From: Pseudomonadota bacterium
GTDB lineage: Bacteria; Pseudomonadota; Alphaproteobacteria; Rhizobiales; Beijerinckiaceae
Length of the DNA stretch: 64,000 nt
Direction of reading: 5' to 3'
Assembly (NCBI GenBank): GCA_021781815.1
Contig: JAJXWB010000020.1
Span: forward strand, 4,497-68,496
In this document: one piece after another, positions 20,116 to 30,253 of the stretch
How the letters are laid out: the number at the start of each line of letters is the position of its first letter
Numbering within the stretch: the first letter of the stretch is position 1
Notes under the pieces: model-generated
Told to the model about the DNA's origin: nothing
Databases searched by the model: none
Seen by the model: the letters and a program-made list of their open reading frames with translations, nothing else
Translations under genes and position numbers: made by a program

Positions 20116-21912
20116 ATGACCGTTCGCCTGCTCGACCGCGTCACGATCGATCGCATCGCAGCAGGCGAGGTGGTCGAGCGCCCGGCCTCCGCCGTCAAGG
20201 AACTCGTTGAAAACGCGCTCGACGCCGGCGCGCGCCGGATCGAGATCGCGCTCGAAGACGGCGGACGGCGGCTCATCCGGGTGATCGACGATGGCGAAGG
20301 CATGAATGCCGCCGATCTGGAGCTTGCCGTCGAGCGCCATGCGACCTCGAAACTGCCGGACGGCGATCTCTCTGCTATCGCGACGCTCGGCTTCCGGGGC
20401 GAGGCTCTGCCCTCGATCGGCTCCGTCGCCCACCTCTCGATCGATACGCGCGCCGCCGGCGCCGAGCATGGCGTTTCGATCCGTGTCGACGCCGGCGACA
20501 AGCGGCCGGTTCAGGCCTCGTCATGGCCGCGCGGCGCGCGTATCGAGGTGCGCGATCTGTTCGCCGTGACGCCGGCGCGTCTCAAATTTCTCAAATCGCC
20601 GCGCGCAGAAGCACAGGCAGTCGCAGATATTCTGCGGCGCATCGCGCTCGCGCATTGCGATGTGTCATTCGTGCTGACCGGCGATCATCTGACCACGCTG
20701 TCCTATCGCGCAACGGAACCCGGCCGCGAGGGATTCGCAGAGCGCGTCGCGCAAGTTCTCGGGCGCGAATTCATCGACAACGCCTTCCCCGTCGAGGCCG
20801 AGCGCGAGGGCGTCAGAATTGTCGGCTTCGCCGGTCTGCCGACATGGCATCGCGCGACGGCGACGATGCAATATGCGTTCGTCAACGGCCGACCCGTGCG
20901 CGACCGCCTGCTGGCAGGCGCGATTCGCGGCGCCTACGTCGATTTCCTGCCGGCCGGACGGCATGCCGCTATCGTCCTGTTCGTCGAATGCGACCCGCGC
21001 GAGGTCGACGTCAATGTGCATCCAGCCAAGGCGGAAGTGCGCTTCCGCGATGCGGGCCTGGTGCGCGGGCTGGTCGTTGGCGCATTGAAAAACGCCATAG
21101 CGGCGCAGGGCCATCGTGCGGCGACGGGCGCCGAAGCCGCGCTCGCCTCCTTCCAGATGCGCGGCGCGGCGCACGCGTGGTCCGGCGCGCGGGCGGCCAA
21201 CTGGGACTGGCGCGACTCGCCCGCCGCGCCGGGCTTTGGCGAGGCCGGACAGGCGACTTTCGACATCGGCGAGGTTGCGCCCTCGGCCGATGCGCGCGCG
21301 ACGGTCGCGCCGGCCTCGGAAACCGACACGCAGGCGCCGCTCGGCGCAGCGCGCGCGCAGGTGCACGAAACCTATATCGTCGCGCAGACGCGCGACGGCG
21401 TCGTCTTCATCGACCAGCACGCTGCGCATGAGCGGCTCGTGTATGAAAAACTGAAACGCCAACGTGATGAACATGGCGTCGCGCGGCAGGGCCTGCTGGC
21501 GCCGGAGGTGGTAGATCTCGACGAAGCCTCCGCCGCGCGCGTCGCCGCATCCGCACCGGAGCTGGAATCGCTCGGGCTCGTGGTCGAACCCTTCGGCCCG
21601 GGCGCGGTGCTCGTGCGTGAGACGCCGGCGCTGCTTGGCAGGACCGATGTGCGCAGACTTGTGGCCGACATCGCCGACACGCTTGCCGAAGACGCGTCGC
21701 TGCAAGGGATCGAGCGCCGGCTCGATCACGTGCTGGCGACCCTCGCCTGCCACCATTCGGTGCGCGCAGGGCGCAGGCTCACCCCCGACGAGATGAACGC
21801 GCTCTTGCGCGAAATGGAGGCGACGCCGGGTTCGGGCCAGTGCAACCACGGGCGGCCGACCTGGGTCGAATTGAAGCTCGCCGATATCGAGAAATTGTTC
21901 GGGCGGCGGTGA
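20116..21912 (+). CDS. mutL: DNA mismatch repair endonuclease MutL
   Basis: The GHKL ATPase N-terminus reads MTVRLLDRVTIDRIAAGEVVERPASAVKELVENALDAG. The C-terminus contains QHAAHERLVYE and ends CNHGRPT. Confidence 0.95.
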   Translation: MTVRLLDRVTIDRIAAGEVVERPASAVKELVENALDAGARRIEIALEDGGRRLIRVIDDGEGMNAADLELAVERHATSKLPDGDLSAIATLGFRGEALPSIGSVAHLSIDTRAAGAEHGVSIRVDAGDKRPVQASSWPRGARIEVRDLFAVTPARLKFLKSPRAEAQAVADILRRIALAHCDVSFVLTGDHLTTLSYRATEPGREGFAERVAQVLGREFIDNAFPVEAEREGVRIVGFAGLPTWHRATATMQYAFVNGRPVRDRLLAGAIRGAYVDFLPAGRHAAIVLFVECDPREVDVNVHPAKAEVRFRDAGLVRGLVVGALKNAIAAQGHRAATGAEAALASFQMRGAAHAWSGARAANWDWRDSPAAPGFGEAGQATFDIGEVAPSADARATVAPASETDTQAPLGAARAQVHETYIVAQTRDGVVFIDQHAAHERLVYEKLKRQRDEHGVARQGLLAPEVVDLDEASAARVAASAPELESLGLVVEPFGPGAVLVRETPALLGRTDVRRLVADIADTLAEDASLQGIERRLDHVLATLACHHSVRAGRRLTPDEMNALLREMEATPGSGQCNHGRPTWVELKLADIEKLFGRR

Positions 21913-21985
21913 AGCCTGCGGCTCGGCTCTGGCAAGGATACGCGCGCGCCCTATCTCGTCCCTGCAATCCCCCCTGGAGGTCGTC

Positions 21986-22426
21986 ATGGTCGATAAAATC
22001 AAGCCGCTGCTCACTGTCGCCGCAACAGCCACGGGCGGGCGCAACGGCCATACCGCCGCCGCCGACGGATCGGTGAAGGCCGATCTTTCCGTCGCAAAGG
22101 AAATGGGCGGACCGGGCAGGCCCGGCACGACGACTCCGGAACATCTGTTTGCTGCGGGCTACGCCGCCTGCTTCGGCGGCGCGCTCGATTTCATCGCCAA
22201 GGCGCACAAGAAGGACGCCTCGAAGGCGAAAGTCACCTGCAATGTCTCGATCGGCCCGCGCGAAGGCGGCGGTTTTGGCCTCGCCGTGACGATCCATGTT
22301 GAGGACAGGAGCCTGCCGCAGGCCGAATTGGCCGCGCTGGTGAAGGAAGCGCACGAGAAAATCTGCCCGTATTCGCATGCGACGCGCGGGAATGTGGATG
22401 TACAGCTTGAGGCGGCGGGGGCATGA
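21986..22426 (+). CDS. ohr: organic hydroperoxide resistance protein Ohr (OsmC/Ohr family)
   Basis: 146 aa with the two conserved Cys contexts AAGYAACF and ICPYSHATRGN. Confidence 0.9.
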   Translation: MVDKIKPLLTVAATATGGRNGHTAAADGSVKADLSVAKEMGGPGRPGTTTPEHLFAAGYAACFGGALDFIAKAHKKDASKAKVTCNVSIGPREGGGFGLAVTIHVEDRSLPQAELAALVKEAHEKICPYSHATRGNVDVQLEAAGA

Positions 22427-22448
22427 ACGCCCCGCGCAGGTCGCGCGG

Positions 22449-24491
22449 TCATTCCCCGGCTGCGGCCTCGCCCAGTCCGTAGCGAGCCATTTCCCGCCGG
22501 AACTCGGGATACAGAACGCGGTCGGCGTAGGCGCTAACGTGATCGCCGTCGAAGAACATTGGCTTGCCGTCGCGCCACATCGAGCATGTATCCTGCGAGC
22601 ATAGGTATGGCGTCGCATCCCAGACACTCAGTTCCGGAAAACGCGCCTGAAGTCCGCTCACGAAATCGACGACCGGCGCGCGGAACTTCTCGAAGAAGGC
22701 GCGATTCATCTCGCTTCCCGGCGCGCAGACCGGGTTGGAACGGTTGAACCAGTCGACGCAGCGGAATAGAGGAATCCGGAAGACTGGTTTCGGCAATTCG
22801 AAGACGATTCTCACGCCGGGTCTGGCGATTTTTGCCAGCAGGCTCACAGCTTGCGCGAAAGTTTCCTCACGTTCGTCGCCGATGCGGCGGAAATATGAGT
22901 CCGTTTCCTGCTGCTTTTCGTCCCATTCATTAATAAAACGCGGTACGCGCAGACTTGGGGTGAAGAGGACGTCGCCCGGCGCGATCCGGGCGGCGATATC
23001 CGTCACTGCATCGAATTCGATCGGCCGGCATCGGTCGGACAAGGGTTCAAGCTGAAGGAAACTGCACCCGAGCAGATCATACCGTTCGACCCGGACGCCA
23101 GTTGCCAACGCAAACAGATCGAACATGTCCGCATAGGCCAGCGCATGGCTATCGCCGAGGACGAACAGCACGTGCGGCGCTGCTTTTCTGTCGCATCCTT
23201 CCCGCGTCACGGTCAGACGTGTCAACGGTCCGACCGTGTGGGACTCATGAACGACTCTGCAACCGTCCTTCGTGGGCGGCAGGAGTGTCATCGAGGGCGT
23301 CCAGTCCCTCAGATTGCGGTTGACCGTGCTAAGCGCAATCCATGACTTCGGCCCAAGCAGGCCACCCGCCAGCTTCCAGCCTATGACGAGGGCTATCAGC
23401 GCTACCGAAATGGCTCGTCGAGCGGGCTGGAGGAGCGCGGCGCGACGAAGAGGGTGCTCGACGAGGTAATAGGACGCCGTCGCGGCGGCGATCGCCAGGG
23501 CCAGCGCCATCAGCTTGTTTGTCAGACTGCCGAAGCCGACAGTCCATCGGAACATGACAAATATGGGCCAGTGCCAGAGATAGAGCGAATAAGAAACTGC
23601 GCCTATCCAGAGCATTGCCGGGCGCGTCAGGAGGCGTGCGACCGGCGACGCGGGAACGGCTCCTTGCAATCCATAAAGGATCAAGAGCGCGCCGCCGACC
23701 GCCGGGACCGCGCCGGGAACCGGATAGAGGTCCTCCGTTCCAAGCACGAACGCCAGCGCTATCAGGGTTGCGCCGACCGCGGTCGCCAGCCTGTTCTCCC
23801 GGCCGACAGGCGCGTCAAACCGACCGGACGCCGCAAGCGCAGCGTAGAGCGCCACGCCAGATCCTATCTCCCAGAATCGCGCCAGGCTCGAATAGAACCC
23901 CAGTGAAAAGGAAAACCGCGATTCCATGAGTCCGTAGATGAAGGACGCAAGACACAGCGCAAGCAACGCGGCCAGCGCGCGGCGCGAAATATGGCCGGTG
24001 CGCCGCAGCGCGAAAAAGGTGAACGGAAAAATGACGTAGAATTGTTCTTCTACCGCCAGCGACCAAGTGTGGGTGAATGGGTTGAATCGGCCAAGCGGAG
24101 AAAAATAATCGATCCCGCGCGCCAGCGCGATGTTTGAATAACCGAAAAACGCCGCACGCCCGACGTCCTGCGTATATCTTGACAGATAGGGGGCCGGCGA
24201 GAACATGGTCGAGACGGCGCTCGTCACCAGCAGAACCAGCAGAAGCGCCGGCACGATCCGCCGAAAGCGCCGCGCATAAAAGAACGCCAGAAGATTACGG
24301 AAAGATTCAACTTTATAGGCGTGCAGCGAGCTCGAGACAACGAAACCCGAAATCGTGAAAAATATATCTACGCCAGCGAAACCGCCGGGCAGGATGCGGG
24401 CATAGAGATGGAACAGCACCACCGATATGATTGAAACGGCGCGCAGACCGTCGATATATGGATAAAAGGCGTGTCTTCCCCCGAGCGCCAC
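22449..24491 (-). CDS. acyltransferase-3 family membrane protein with a C-terminal SGNH domain (OafA/YrhL-like O-acyltransferase)
   Basis: 680 aa. The N-terminal ~370 aa are polytopic (YIDGLRAVSIISVVLFH...). The C-terminal soluble part contains VLGDSHA, which is SGNH block I-like. Confidence 0.85.
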   Translation of the reverse strand: MALGGRHAFYPYIDGLRAVSIISVVLFHLYARILPGGFAGVDIFFTISGFVVSSSLHAYKVESFRNLLAFFYARRFRRIVPALLLVLLVTSAVSTMFSPAPYLSRYTQDVGRAAFFGYSNIALARGIDYFSPLGRFNPFTHTWSLAVEEQFYVIFPFTFFALRRTGHISRRALAALLALCLASFIYGLMESRFSFSLGFYSSLARFWEIGSGVALYAALAASGRFDAPVGRENRLATAVGATLIALAFVLGTEDLYPVPGAVPAVGGALLILYGLQGAVPASPVARLLTRPAMLWIGAVSYSLYLWHWPIFVMFRWTVGFGSLTNKLMALALAIAAATASYYLVEHPLRRAALLQPARRAISVALIALVIGWKLAGGLLGPKSWIALSTVNRNLRDWTPSMTLLPPTKDGCRVVHESHTVGPLTRLTVTREGCDRKAAPHVLFVLGDSHALAYADMFDLFALATGVRVERYDLLGCSFLQLEPLSDRCRPIEFDAVTDIAARIAPGDVLFTPSLRVPRFINEWDEKQQETDSYFRRIGDEREETFAQAVSLLAKIARPGVRIVFELPKPVFRIPLFRCVDWFNRSNPVCAPGSEMNRAFFEKFRAPVVDFVSGLQARFPELSVWDATPYLCSQDTCSMWRDGKPMFFDGDHVSAYADRVLYPEFRREMARYGLGEAAAGE

Positions 24492-24723
24492 AATTCACTC
24501 ATTCTCATTTTCTGGCCGATAGAAGGTACTTAGCCTCCTAAGGGCGCAGGCCACAACGATTTTTGTGACGCCCGGCCTTCCGCAGGAAGGTCTGCGCGGC
24601 AGATGCGGCTGTCGAACCGAGCGCCTCTGTGCTTTGCGGTCGCAGCGGAATGACCGCTCCGCGCGGTCGAACGCGCTTCCATTCACCCTGCCCCGCTTTT
24701 GAAGGTGCGAAGACCACCGGCGC

Positions 24724-25893
24724 TTGCTAAAGACAACGCCGACTTCGAGGGACCGCGCCGTGGCTGCTAAAAATGGACGAGACAAGGCGAAAACGGGCGG
24801 GCGGAGCCTGCTCGCGCATCTCGTTGCGTCTGGCTACAAGCGCGCTGAACCGGCCATTCTGCAGCCGGCGGCCGTCTATCTCGACCAACTCGGCGAGGAT
24901 ATTCGCGGGCGCCTGTATCTGACGACCGACGCCGCCGGCGAGGAACTTTGCCTGCGGCCGGAATTCACATTGGCCGTCAGTCAGGCCTATCTCGCCTCCC
25001 CGGCAACCGGAAAGAACGCCGGTTTCTCCTATCTCGGCCCGGTCTTCCGCTTCCGGCCGGATGCGCCTGGCGAATTTCTGCAGGCTGGCCTCGAAAGTTT
25101 CGGTCGCAAGGACCGAGAGGCCGCCGACGCCGAAATCCTGTCGCTGGCGCTGGAAGCCGCCGCCAAGGCCGGCCGCGACGATCTGACCGTCACCATCGGC
25201 GACGCCGGACTATTCGCGAAATTTCTCGAGGCGCTGGCGCTGCCCGCCCCCTGGCTGCGGCGCATCCGCCGCGGGCTGGCGCAGGGCGCGGGGCTCGATA
25301 CCATTCTTTCCGCCCCCGCGGCCGAGGGCGGCGACGATCATTCGGGGGTGCTGGCGGCGCTCGAAGGAGCGGACAAGCAAGGCGCGCGCGCCCTGGTCGA
25401 GGATCTTCTGTCGATCGCCGGCATTTCCTCGGTCGGCGGGCGCTCGGCCAGCGAAATAGCCGAGCGATTTCTTGAACAGGCGAGTTTGCGCAGCGGCCCC
25501 GGCCTGTCGCAGGACAAGCGCGCGCTCATCGCAAGGTTTCTCGGGGTCTCAGGCGATCCGGACGCGGCCTCGGCGCAATTGCGCGCGCTCGCCGCCGACG
25601 CGAAACTTGATCTGTCCGCTGCGCTCGACACGTTCGACCAGCGTCTCAACTTCATGGTCGCGCGCGGACTTGATCCGGCGTCCATGCAGTTTTCCGCGCG
25701 CTTCGTGCGGCGGCTCGACTACTACACCGGCTTTGTGTTCGAGGCGCACGACAAGGCGGCGGCGGCGGACAAGCCTGTCATCGGCGGCGGCCGCTACGAC
25801 CGCCTGCTTTCTTCGCTCGGCGCGAAGAAGGACATTCCGGCCGTCGGCGCCGCGATCTGGATCGAGCGCCTGTTCCCGGAGGCCACGTCGTGA
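24724..25893 (+). CDS. hisZ: ATP phosphoribosyltransferase regulatory subunit HisZ
   Basis: A HisRS-paralog pattern ([26 protein letters not shown]) sits directly upstream of hisG and overlaps it by 4 nt. The start is uncertain: TTG at 24724 or in-frame GTG at 24760. Confidence 0.85.
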   Translation: MLKTTPTSRDRAVAAKNGRDKAKTGGRSLLAHLVASGYKRAEPAILQPAAVYLDQLGEDIRGRLYLTTDAAGEELCLRPEFTLAVSQAYLASPATGKNAGFSYLGPVFRFRPDAPGEFLQAGLESFGRKDREAADAEILSLALEAAAKAGRDDLTVTIGDAGLFAKFLEALALPAPWLRRIRRGLAQGAGLDTILSAPAAEGGDDHSGVLAALEGADKQGARALVEDLLSIAGISSVGGRSASEIAERFLEQASLRSGPGLSQDKRALIARFLGVSGDPDAASAQLRALAADAKLDLSAALDTFDQRLNFMVARGLDPASMQFSARFVRRLDYYTGFVFEAHDKAAAADKPVIGGGRYDRLLSSLGAKKDIPAVGAAIWIERLFPEATS

Positions 25894-26861
25894 ACGCGAG
25901 CAAGCTCATCGTCGCCGTGCCCTCGAAAGGCCGGCTGCAGGAAAACGCCAACGCCTTTTTCGGGCGCGCCGGACTCGATGTCGTGCAAGGACGCGGCGCG
26001 CGGGACTATCGCGGCGTGCTCAGGGGCGTCGACAATGTCGAGATCGCCTTTCTCTCAGCGTCCGACATCACCACGCATCTGGCGCAGGGCCTCGTCCACA
26101 TGGGCGTCACCGGCGAGGATCTGGTGCGCGAGACGATTCCGGACGCGCAAAGCAAAGTGGAATTGCTGACGCCGCTCGGCTTCGGCCACGCCAATGTCGT
26201 CGTCGCCGTTCCACAGGCCTGGATCGACGTGCGCAGCATGGCCGATCTCGCCGACGTCGCCGCCGCCTTTCGCGCCAGGCGCGAGCAGCGCATGCGAGTC
26301 GCGACCAAGTACGTCAACATCACGCGAAAATTCTTCGGCGAGCATGGCGTCGCCGACTACCGCATCGTCGAGAGCCTCGGCGCAACCGAGGGCGCGCCAG
26401 CGGCGGGACAGGCGGAGATGATCGTCGACATCACCACAACCGGGGCGACGCTGAAGGCCAATGCGCTGAAGATTCTCGACGACGGCGTGATGCTGAAGTC
26501 CGAGGCCAATCTCGTGGCGTCCGTGACTGCACAATGGGACGAGCAGAACCGCGAATCCGCACGGCTCATCCTTGCGCGCATCGCGGCGGAAGAGGAAGCG
26601 CGCACGACGCGCGAGATTCGCGCGCGTATCCCGGAATTTTCCGACAGCAAGCTGAAGAAGGCGGCCGCAAAATTCGACGCGCGGCTGCGTGGGCGCGGAC
26701 CTGACGGCGTCATCATGCTGTCCTGCCCGAAGGACGCCGCGCCGCAGCTCGCCGAATGGCTGATCAAGCACGGCGCGGAAACGGTGACGGTCGGCGCGCT
26801 GGACTATGTGTTCACGGCGAAGAACCCGCTGTGGGAGAAACTGGCGAAACGGCTGGGGTGA
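25890..26861 (+). CDS. hisG: ATP phosphoribosyltransferase HisG
   Basis: 323 aa. The GTG start overlaps the hisZ stop (GTGA). Contains [13 protein letters not shown] and [12 protein letters not shown]. Confidence 0.9.
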   Translation: MNASKLIVAVPSKGRLQENANAFFGRAGLDVVQGRGARDYRGVLRGVDNVEIAFLSASDITTHLAQGLVHMGVTGEDLVRETIPDAQSKVELLTPLGFGHANVVVAVPQAWIDVRSMADLADVAAAFRARREQRMRVATKYVNITRKFFGEHGVADYRIVESLGATEGAPAAGQAEMIVDITTTGATLKANALKILDDGVMLKSEANLVASVTAQWDEQNRESARLILARIAAEEEARTTREIRARIPEFSDSKLKKAAAKFDARLRGRGPDGVIMLSCPKDAAPQLAEWLIKHGAETVTVGALDYVFTAKNPLWEKLAKRLG

Positions 26862-26988
26862 GCGTCGTTCCGGCTCAAGAGGAAAGCCGAGCCCTGACGC
26901 TTCGTCGCCTGTATCGGAGATGACAGGGTTGGCGGCGGGCGCCGATCCGTTCTAGGCTTGCGCCCCCCAACACCACGCGAGCCCCGCA

Positions 26989-27567
26989 TTGACCGCTCTC
27001 ATCCTCGGCCTGATCATCTTCCTCGGCGTGCATCTGGCGCCAAGCGCGCCGTCCGGCCGCGACTGGCTAATCGGCAAGCTCGGCGCGAACAGTTACAAGA
27101 TCGGCTTCTCGCTCGCCTCGCTTGCAGGATTCGCGCTGATCGTCTGGGGCATGGGGATGGCGCGGCATTCGGCCGCCGATCCGCAGCTCTGGACCCCACC
27201 AGCCTGGGGGCGCCACGTCACCTATGCGCTCATGTGGATTTCGTTCGTGCTGCTGGTCGCGGCCTACGTTCCCTCGCATATCCGCGACAAGGCGAAGCAT
27301 CCGATGCTGGCCGCCGTGAAAATCTGGGCGCTGGCGCACCTTCTCGCCAATGGCGATCTGGCCGGTCTGATCCTGTTCGGCTCGTTCCTCGCGTGGGCGG
27401 TCTATGACCGGATTTCGGTGAAGAAGCGCAGCGCGCTTGGACCGCTCGGCGAACGCCACGGCGGCGTCCTGGCCGACATAATCGTGATCGTGGTCGGCAC
27501 GCTCGCCTATCTCGCCATGTTCCGCTATGGGCATCCCATGCTGATCGGCATAACGCTGACGGGCTGA
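26989..27567 (+). CDS. NnrU-family membrane protein
   Basis: 192 aa with a TTG start and 5-6 TM segments. The N-terminus MTALILGLIIFLGVHL and the motif KIWALAHLLANGD are NnrU-like (recollection). Confidence 0.75.
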   Translation: MTALILGLIIFLGVHLAPSAPSGRDWLIGKLGANSYKIGFSLASLAGFALIVWGMGMARHSAADPQLWTPPAWGRHVTYALMWISFVLLVAAYVPSHIRDKAKHPMLAAVKIWALAHLLANGDLAGLILFGSFLAWAVYDRISVKKRSALGPLGERHGGVLADIIVIVVGTLAYLAMFRYGHPMLIGITLTG

Positions 27568-27637
27568 GGTCTCGTTTTCCTGCCGCAATTTGATGTAAGA
27601 GGGCGATCCGCTCAGGGGATCGCAGCATGAGGTCAAA

Positions 27638-28108
27638 ATGAAGAAACTGGCTTATCTGGCTTTGGCGGCGCTCGCGCCCGCCCTGCTCTGGCAACCTGCC
27701 CTGGCGGACAGCAAGAAAAAGGCTGCGCCCGCGGAACAGCAGGGCGAAAAGAAGCCAGAGGACAAGGCCGCCTACGAGTCGCCGTTCCCGACCAAGGCGA
27801 ACTGGCTCCTGACCTCTGCCAACGGCAAGTCGCCGCCGGTCGACGCCTTCATGGTGATCGACGATACGTTCCGCGGCACTGGAAATTCCGGCTGCAACAC
27901 CTGGTCGGCGACGCTTTATCCGATCAAGGGGCACCACCTCGCCATGGGGCCGGTCGCCATGACGAAAAAGACCTGCACTCCCGAGGTCAACGAATTCGAG
28001 AAGCTGTTCCTCACGGTGCTGCACACCGGCCCGGTTTGGGATCTGCAAGGCTCGACGCTCACGGTGAAAAGCCAGTACGGCACACTGGTTTTCGATCGCG
28101 GCTTGTGA
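27638..28108 (+). CDS. META-domain (HslJ-like) exported protein
   Basis: 156 aa with a signal peptide (MKKLAYLALAALAPALLWQPALA). The META pattern is present as GTGNSGCNTWSA...MTKKTC. Confidence 0.75.
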   Translation: MKKLAYLALAALAPALLWQPALADSKKKAAPAEQQGEKKPEDKAAYESPFPTKANWLLTSANGKSPPVDAFMVIDDTFRGTGNSGCNTWSATLYPIKGHHLAMGPVAMTKKTCTPEVNEFEKLFLTVLHTGPVWDLQGSTLTVKSQYGTLVFDRGL

Positions 28109-28115
28109 GCGCGCG

Positions 28116-29663
28116 CTACGGGGCGTGACGCGCGAGCACGTCCTTCACCGCCTGCACGAGACCGGCCTCGGCCACCGAAAATTGCGCGGGGCGCGCGGCC
28201 TTCCATTCCTCGTTGGAGGCGATGGCGGCGGCAGCCTTCGCGCCTTCGATCAGATCCTTGATCTGCACTTCGCCCTTGGCCGCCTCGTCCGAGCCCTGAA
28301 TGACCACGCACGGGCTGTTTCGCCTGTCGGCGTATTTCATCTGCGCCTTCATGCCGGCGGAACCCAGATAGAGTTCGGCGCGCACGCCCGCTTCGCGCAG
28401 CTTCGCGACCATCGCCTGATAGTGGGCGAGCCGATCACGATCCATGACCAGCACGACGACCGGGCCGACCTGCGGGCCGGCGTTGACGATCGGCGAGTCG
28501 ATCAGCTTCAGCGCCGCGAACAGGCGCGACACGCCGATGGAAAACCCGGTCGCCGGCACGGGCTCGCTGCGGAAACGCCCGACGAGGCCGTCGTAACGCC
28601 CGCCGCCGCCGACCGAGCCGAAGCGCACGGGCTGGCCCTTGTCGTCCGGCACGCCGAAGGTGAGTTCGGCCTCGAACACGGGGCCGGTGTAATATTCGAG
28701 GCCACGCACGACGGATCGATCGACAATGATACGATTTTCGGCGTAACCCGCAGCGGTCGCGATTTTCGAAATTTCCTCAAGCTCTGCGACGCCTGCCTCT
28801 CCAATCGCCCCTAGTGCTACGTGATCTCTAAGCCACTGAAGGCGACCCAAATTATCGCCCGCCAAGGCGAGGAGAGGATCGGGAATATAGCCTCTGTTGA
28901 CGTTATTCGAGTAACCAAGAAAACGCAGCACGTTGTCCCGTTCCGCGCTGGCGAGCCCAGCGCCCTTCGTGAAATCGCCGCTCTCGTCCTTGCGGCCATC
29001 GCCCAGCAGCAATTCGACACCGTGAATGCCAAGCCGATCCAGCTTGTCGATCGCCCTCAGCACGACCAACCTTCGCCCGGCGTTCTCGTCGCCGCCGAGC
29101 CCGATCGCCTCCATCACGCCATCAAGCACCTTGCGGTTGTTGACCTTGATGACATAGCCGCCGCGCCTGATGCCAAGCTTTTCCAGCGTGTCGGCGGCCA
29201 TCATGCAGATTTCCGCATCCGCCGCGACGCTGGCGGCGCCAACCGTATCGGCGTCGAACTGCATGAACTGGCGGAAGCGGCCGGGGCCGGGCTTTTCATT
29301 GCGAAACACGTAGCCCGCCCTGTAGGAGCGATAGGGCTTCGGCAGCTTCTCGTAATTCTCGGCGACATAGCGGGCGAGCGGCGCGGTCAGATCATAGCGC
29401 AGCGACAGCCATTGCTCGTCGTCGTCCTGGAAGGAGAATACGCCCTCGTTCGGCCGATCCTGATCGGGCAGGAACTTGCCGAGCGCATCGGTATATTCGA
29501 TGAACGGCGTCTCGACCGCCTCGAAACCGTAGAGTTCATATGACTCCCGGATCGCGCGCAGCATGCGCTCGGAAGCGGCGAGTTCGGCGGGGCCGCGGTC
29601 GGCGAGGCCGCGCGGCAGGCGCGGCTTGACGGTGGTCTTGTCAGGAGACTTGGTTTCGCTCAT
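28116..29663 (-). CDS. hisS: histidine--tRNA ligase
   Basis: 515 aa from the ATG at 29663 (MSETKSPDK). Class II motifs are present: [36 protein letters not shown] and GGGRYDGLV. Confidence 0.95.
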   Translation of the reverse strand: MSETKSPDKTTVKPRLPRGLADRGPAELAASERMLRAIRESYELYGFEAVETPFIEYTDALGKFLPDQDRPNEGVFSFQDDDEQWLSLRYDLTAPLARYVAENYEKLPKPYRSYRAGYVFRNEKPGPGRFRQFMQFDADTVGAASVAADAEICMMAADTLEKLGIRRGGYVIKVNNRKVLDGVMEAIGLGGDENAGRRLVVLRAIDKLDRLGIHGVELLLGDGRKDESGDFTKGAGLASAERDNVLRFLGYSNNVNRGYIPDPLLALAGDNLGRLQWLRDHVALGAIGEAGVAELEEISKIATAAGYAENRIIVDRSVVRGLEYYTGPVFEAELTFGVPDDKGQPVRFGSVGGGGRYDGLVGRFRSEPVPATGFSIGVSRLFAALKLIDSPIVNAGPQVGPVVVLVMDRDRLAHYQAMVAKLREAGVRAELYLGSAGMKAQMKYADRRNSPCVVIQGSDEAAKGEVQIKDLIEGAKAAAAIASNEEWKAARPAQFSVAEAGLVQAVKDVLARHAP

Positions 29664-29759
29664 GCGCCGGGGTTTAGGGGCGCGGAAGCCGGAGAGCAAG
29701 GCTTATCCGGCCGGTCGCCAATTGCGGCCGCTCGAAAGCCCGGCGCCGGCTGGCGCGGC

Positions 29760-30182
29760 CTACCCCAGCGCCGAGGCGAAAATCGCCGTCGCGATCAGGC
29801 CGAGCGCCGCCTGGCCCCATTCGAGCAGGCCCCAGGCGGCGACGAGACCACGAGCCCCGGCGCCGTCGCCGCTCTCGTCGAGCAGGCGATTGTTGAGGGG
29901 CACGACGACGAAGAACGTGTAAGGCCAACTCGCCATGATGAAGGCCGCGCCGACGAGCCAGAGCACATCCGCGCCCGCCCGATATTCGATCAGCGCAAAG
30001 ATGGCCGAGGCGAGCGCGAGAATCGCCAGCATGGCGACGCCGCGCCGGTCGCTGGGCGTCCATTCCTTGACGAGCGCCCGATCATCGAGCGCGAGCCGGG
30101 CCGGCTGCTCCACCAGCACCGAATAGAGAGCCGCGCCAAGAAAAGCGGCGGCGAGGGCGAGAGCGACAGGGCCGGGATGCAT
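29760..30182 (-). CDS. DUF1772 (anthrone-oxygenase-like) membrane protein
   Basis: 140 aa from the ATG at 30182 (MHPGPVALALAAAFLGAALY), with four hydrophobic helices. The family call is from memory. Confidence 0.65.
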   Translation of the reverse strand: MHPGPVALALAAAFLGAALYSVLVEQPARLALDDRALVKEWTPSDRRGVAMLAILALASAIFALIEYRAGADVLWLVGAAFIMASWPYTFFVVVPLNNRLLDESGDGAGARGLVAAWGLLEWGQAALGLIATAIFASALG

Positions 30183-30253
30183 TGCTTTCTCCTGGGACGT
30201 AAGTTGACGCTTCTCGCACGCGCGGCGCAAGGAGGCGGATCAAGGGCAGGCCA

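Noticed and set aside
24492-24723. tRNA or sRNA in the spacer between the acyltransferase gene and hisZ
   Set aside because: I could fold no cloverleaf and saw no T-loop GTTCGAATC-type motif. There is only a short hairpin (ccttcc-gca-ggaagg).
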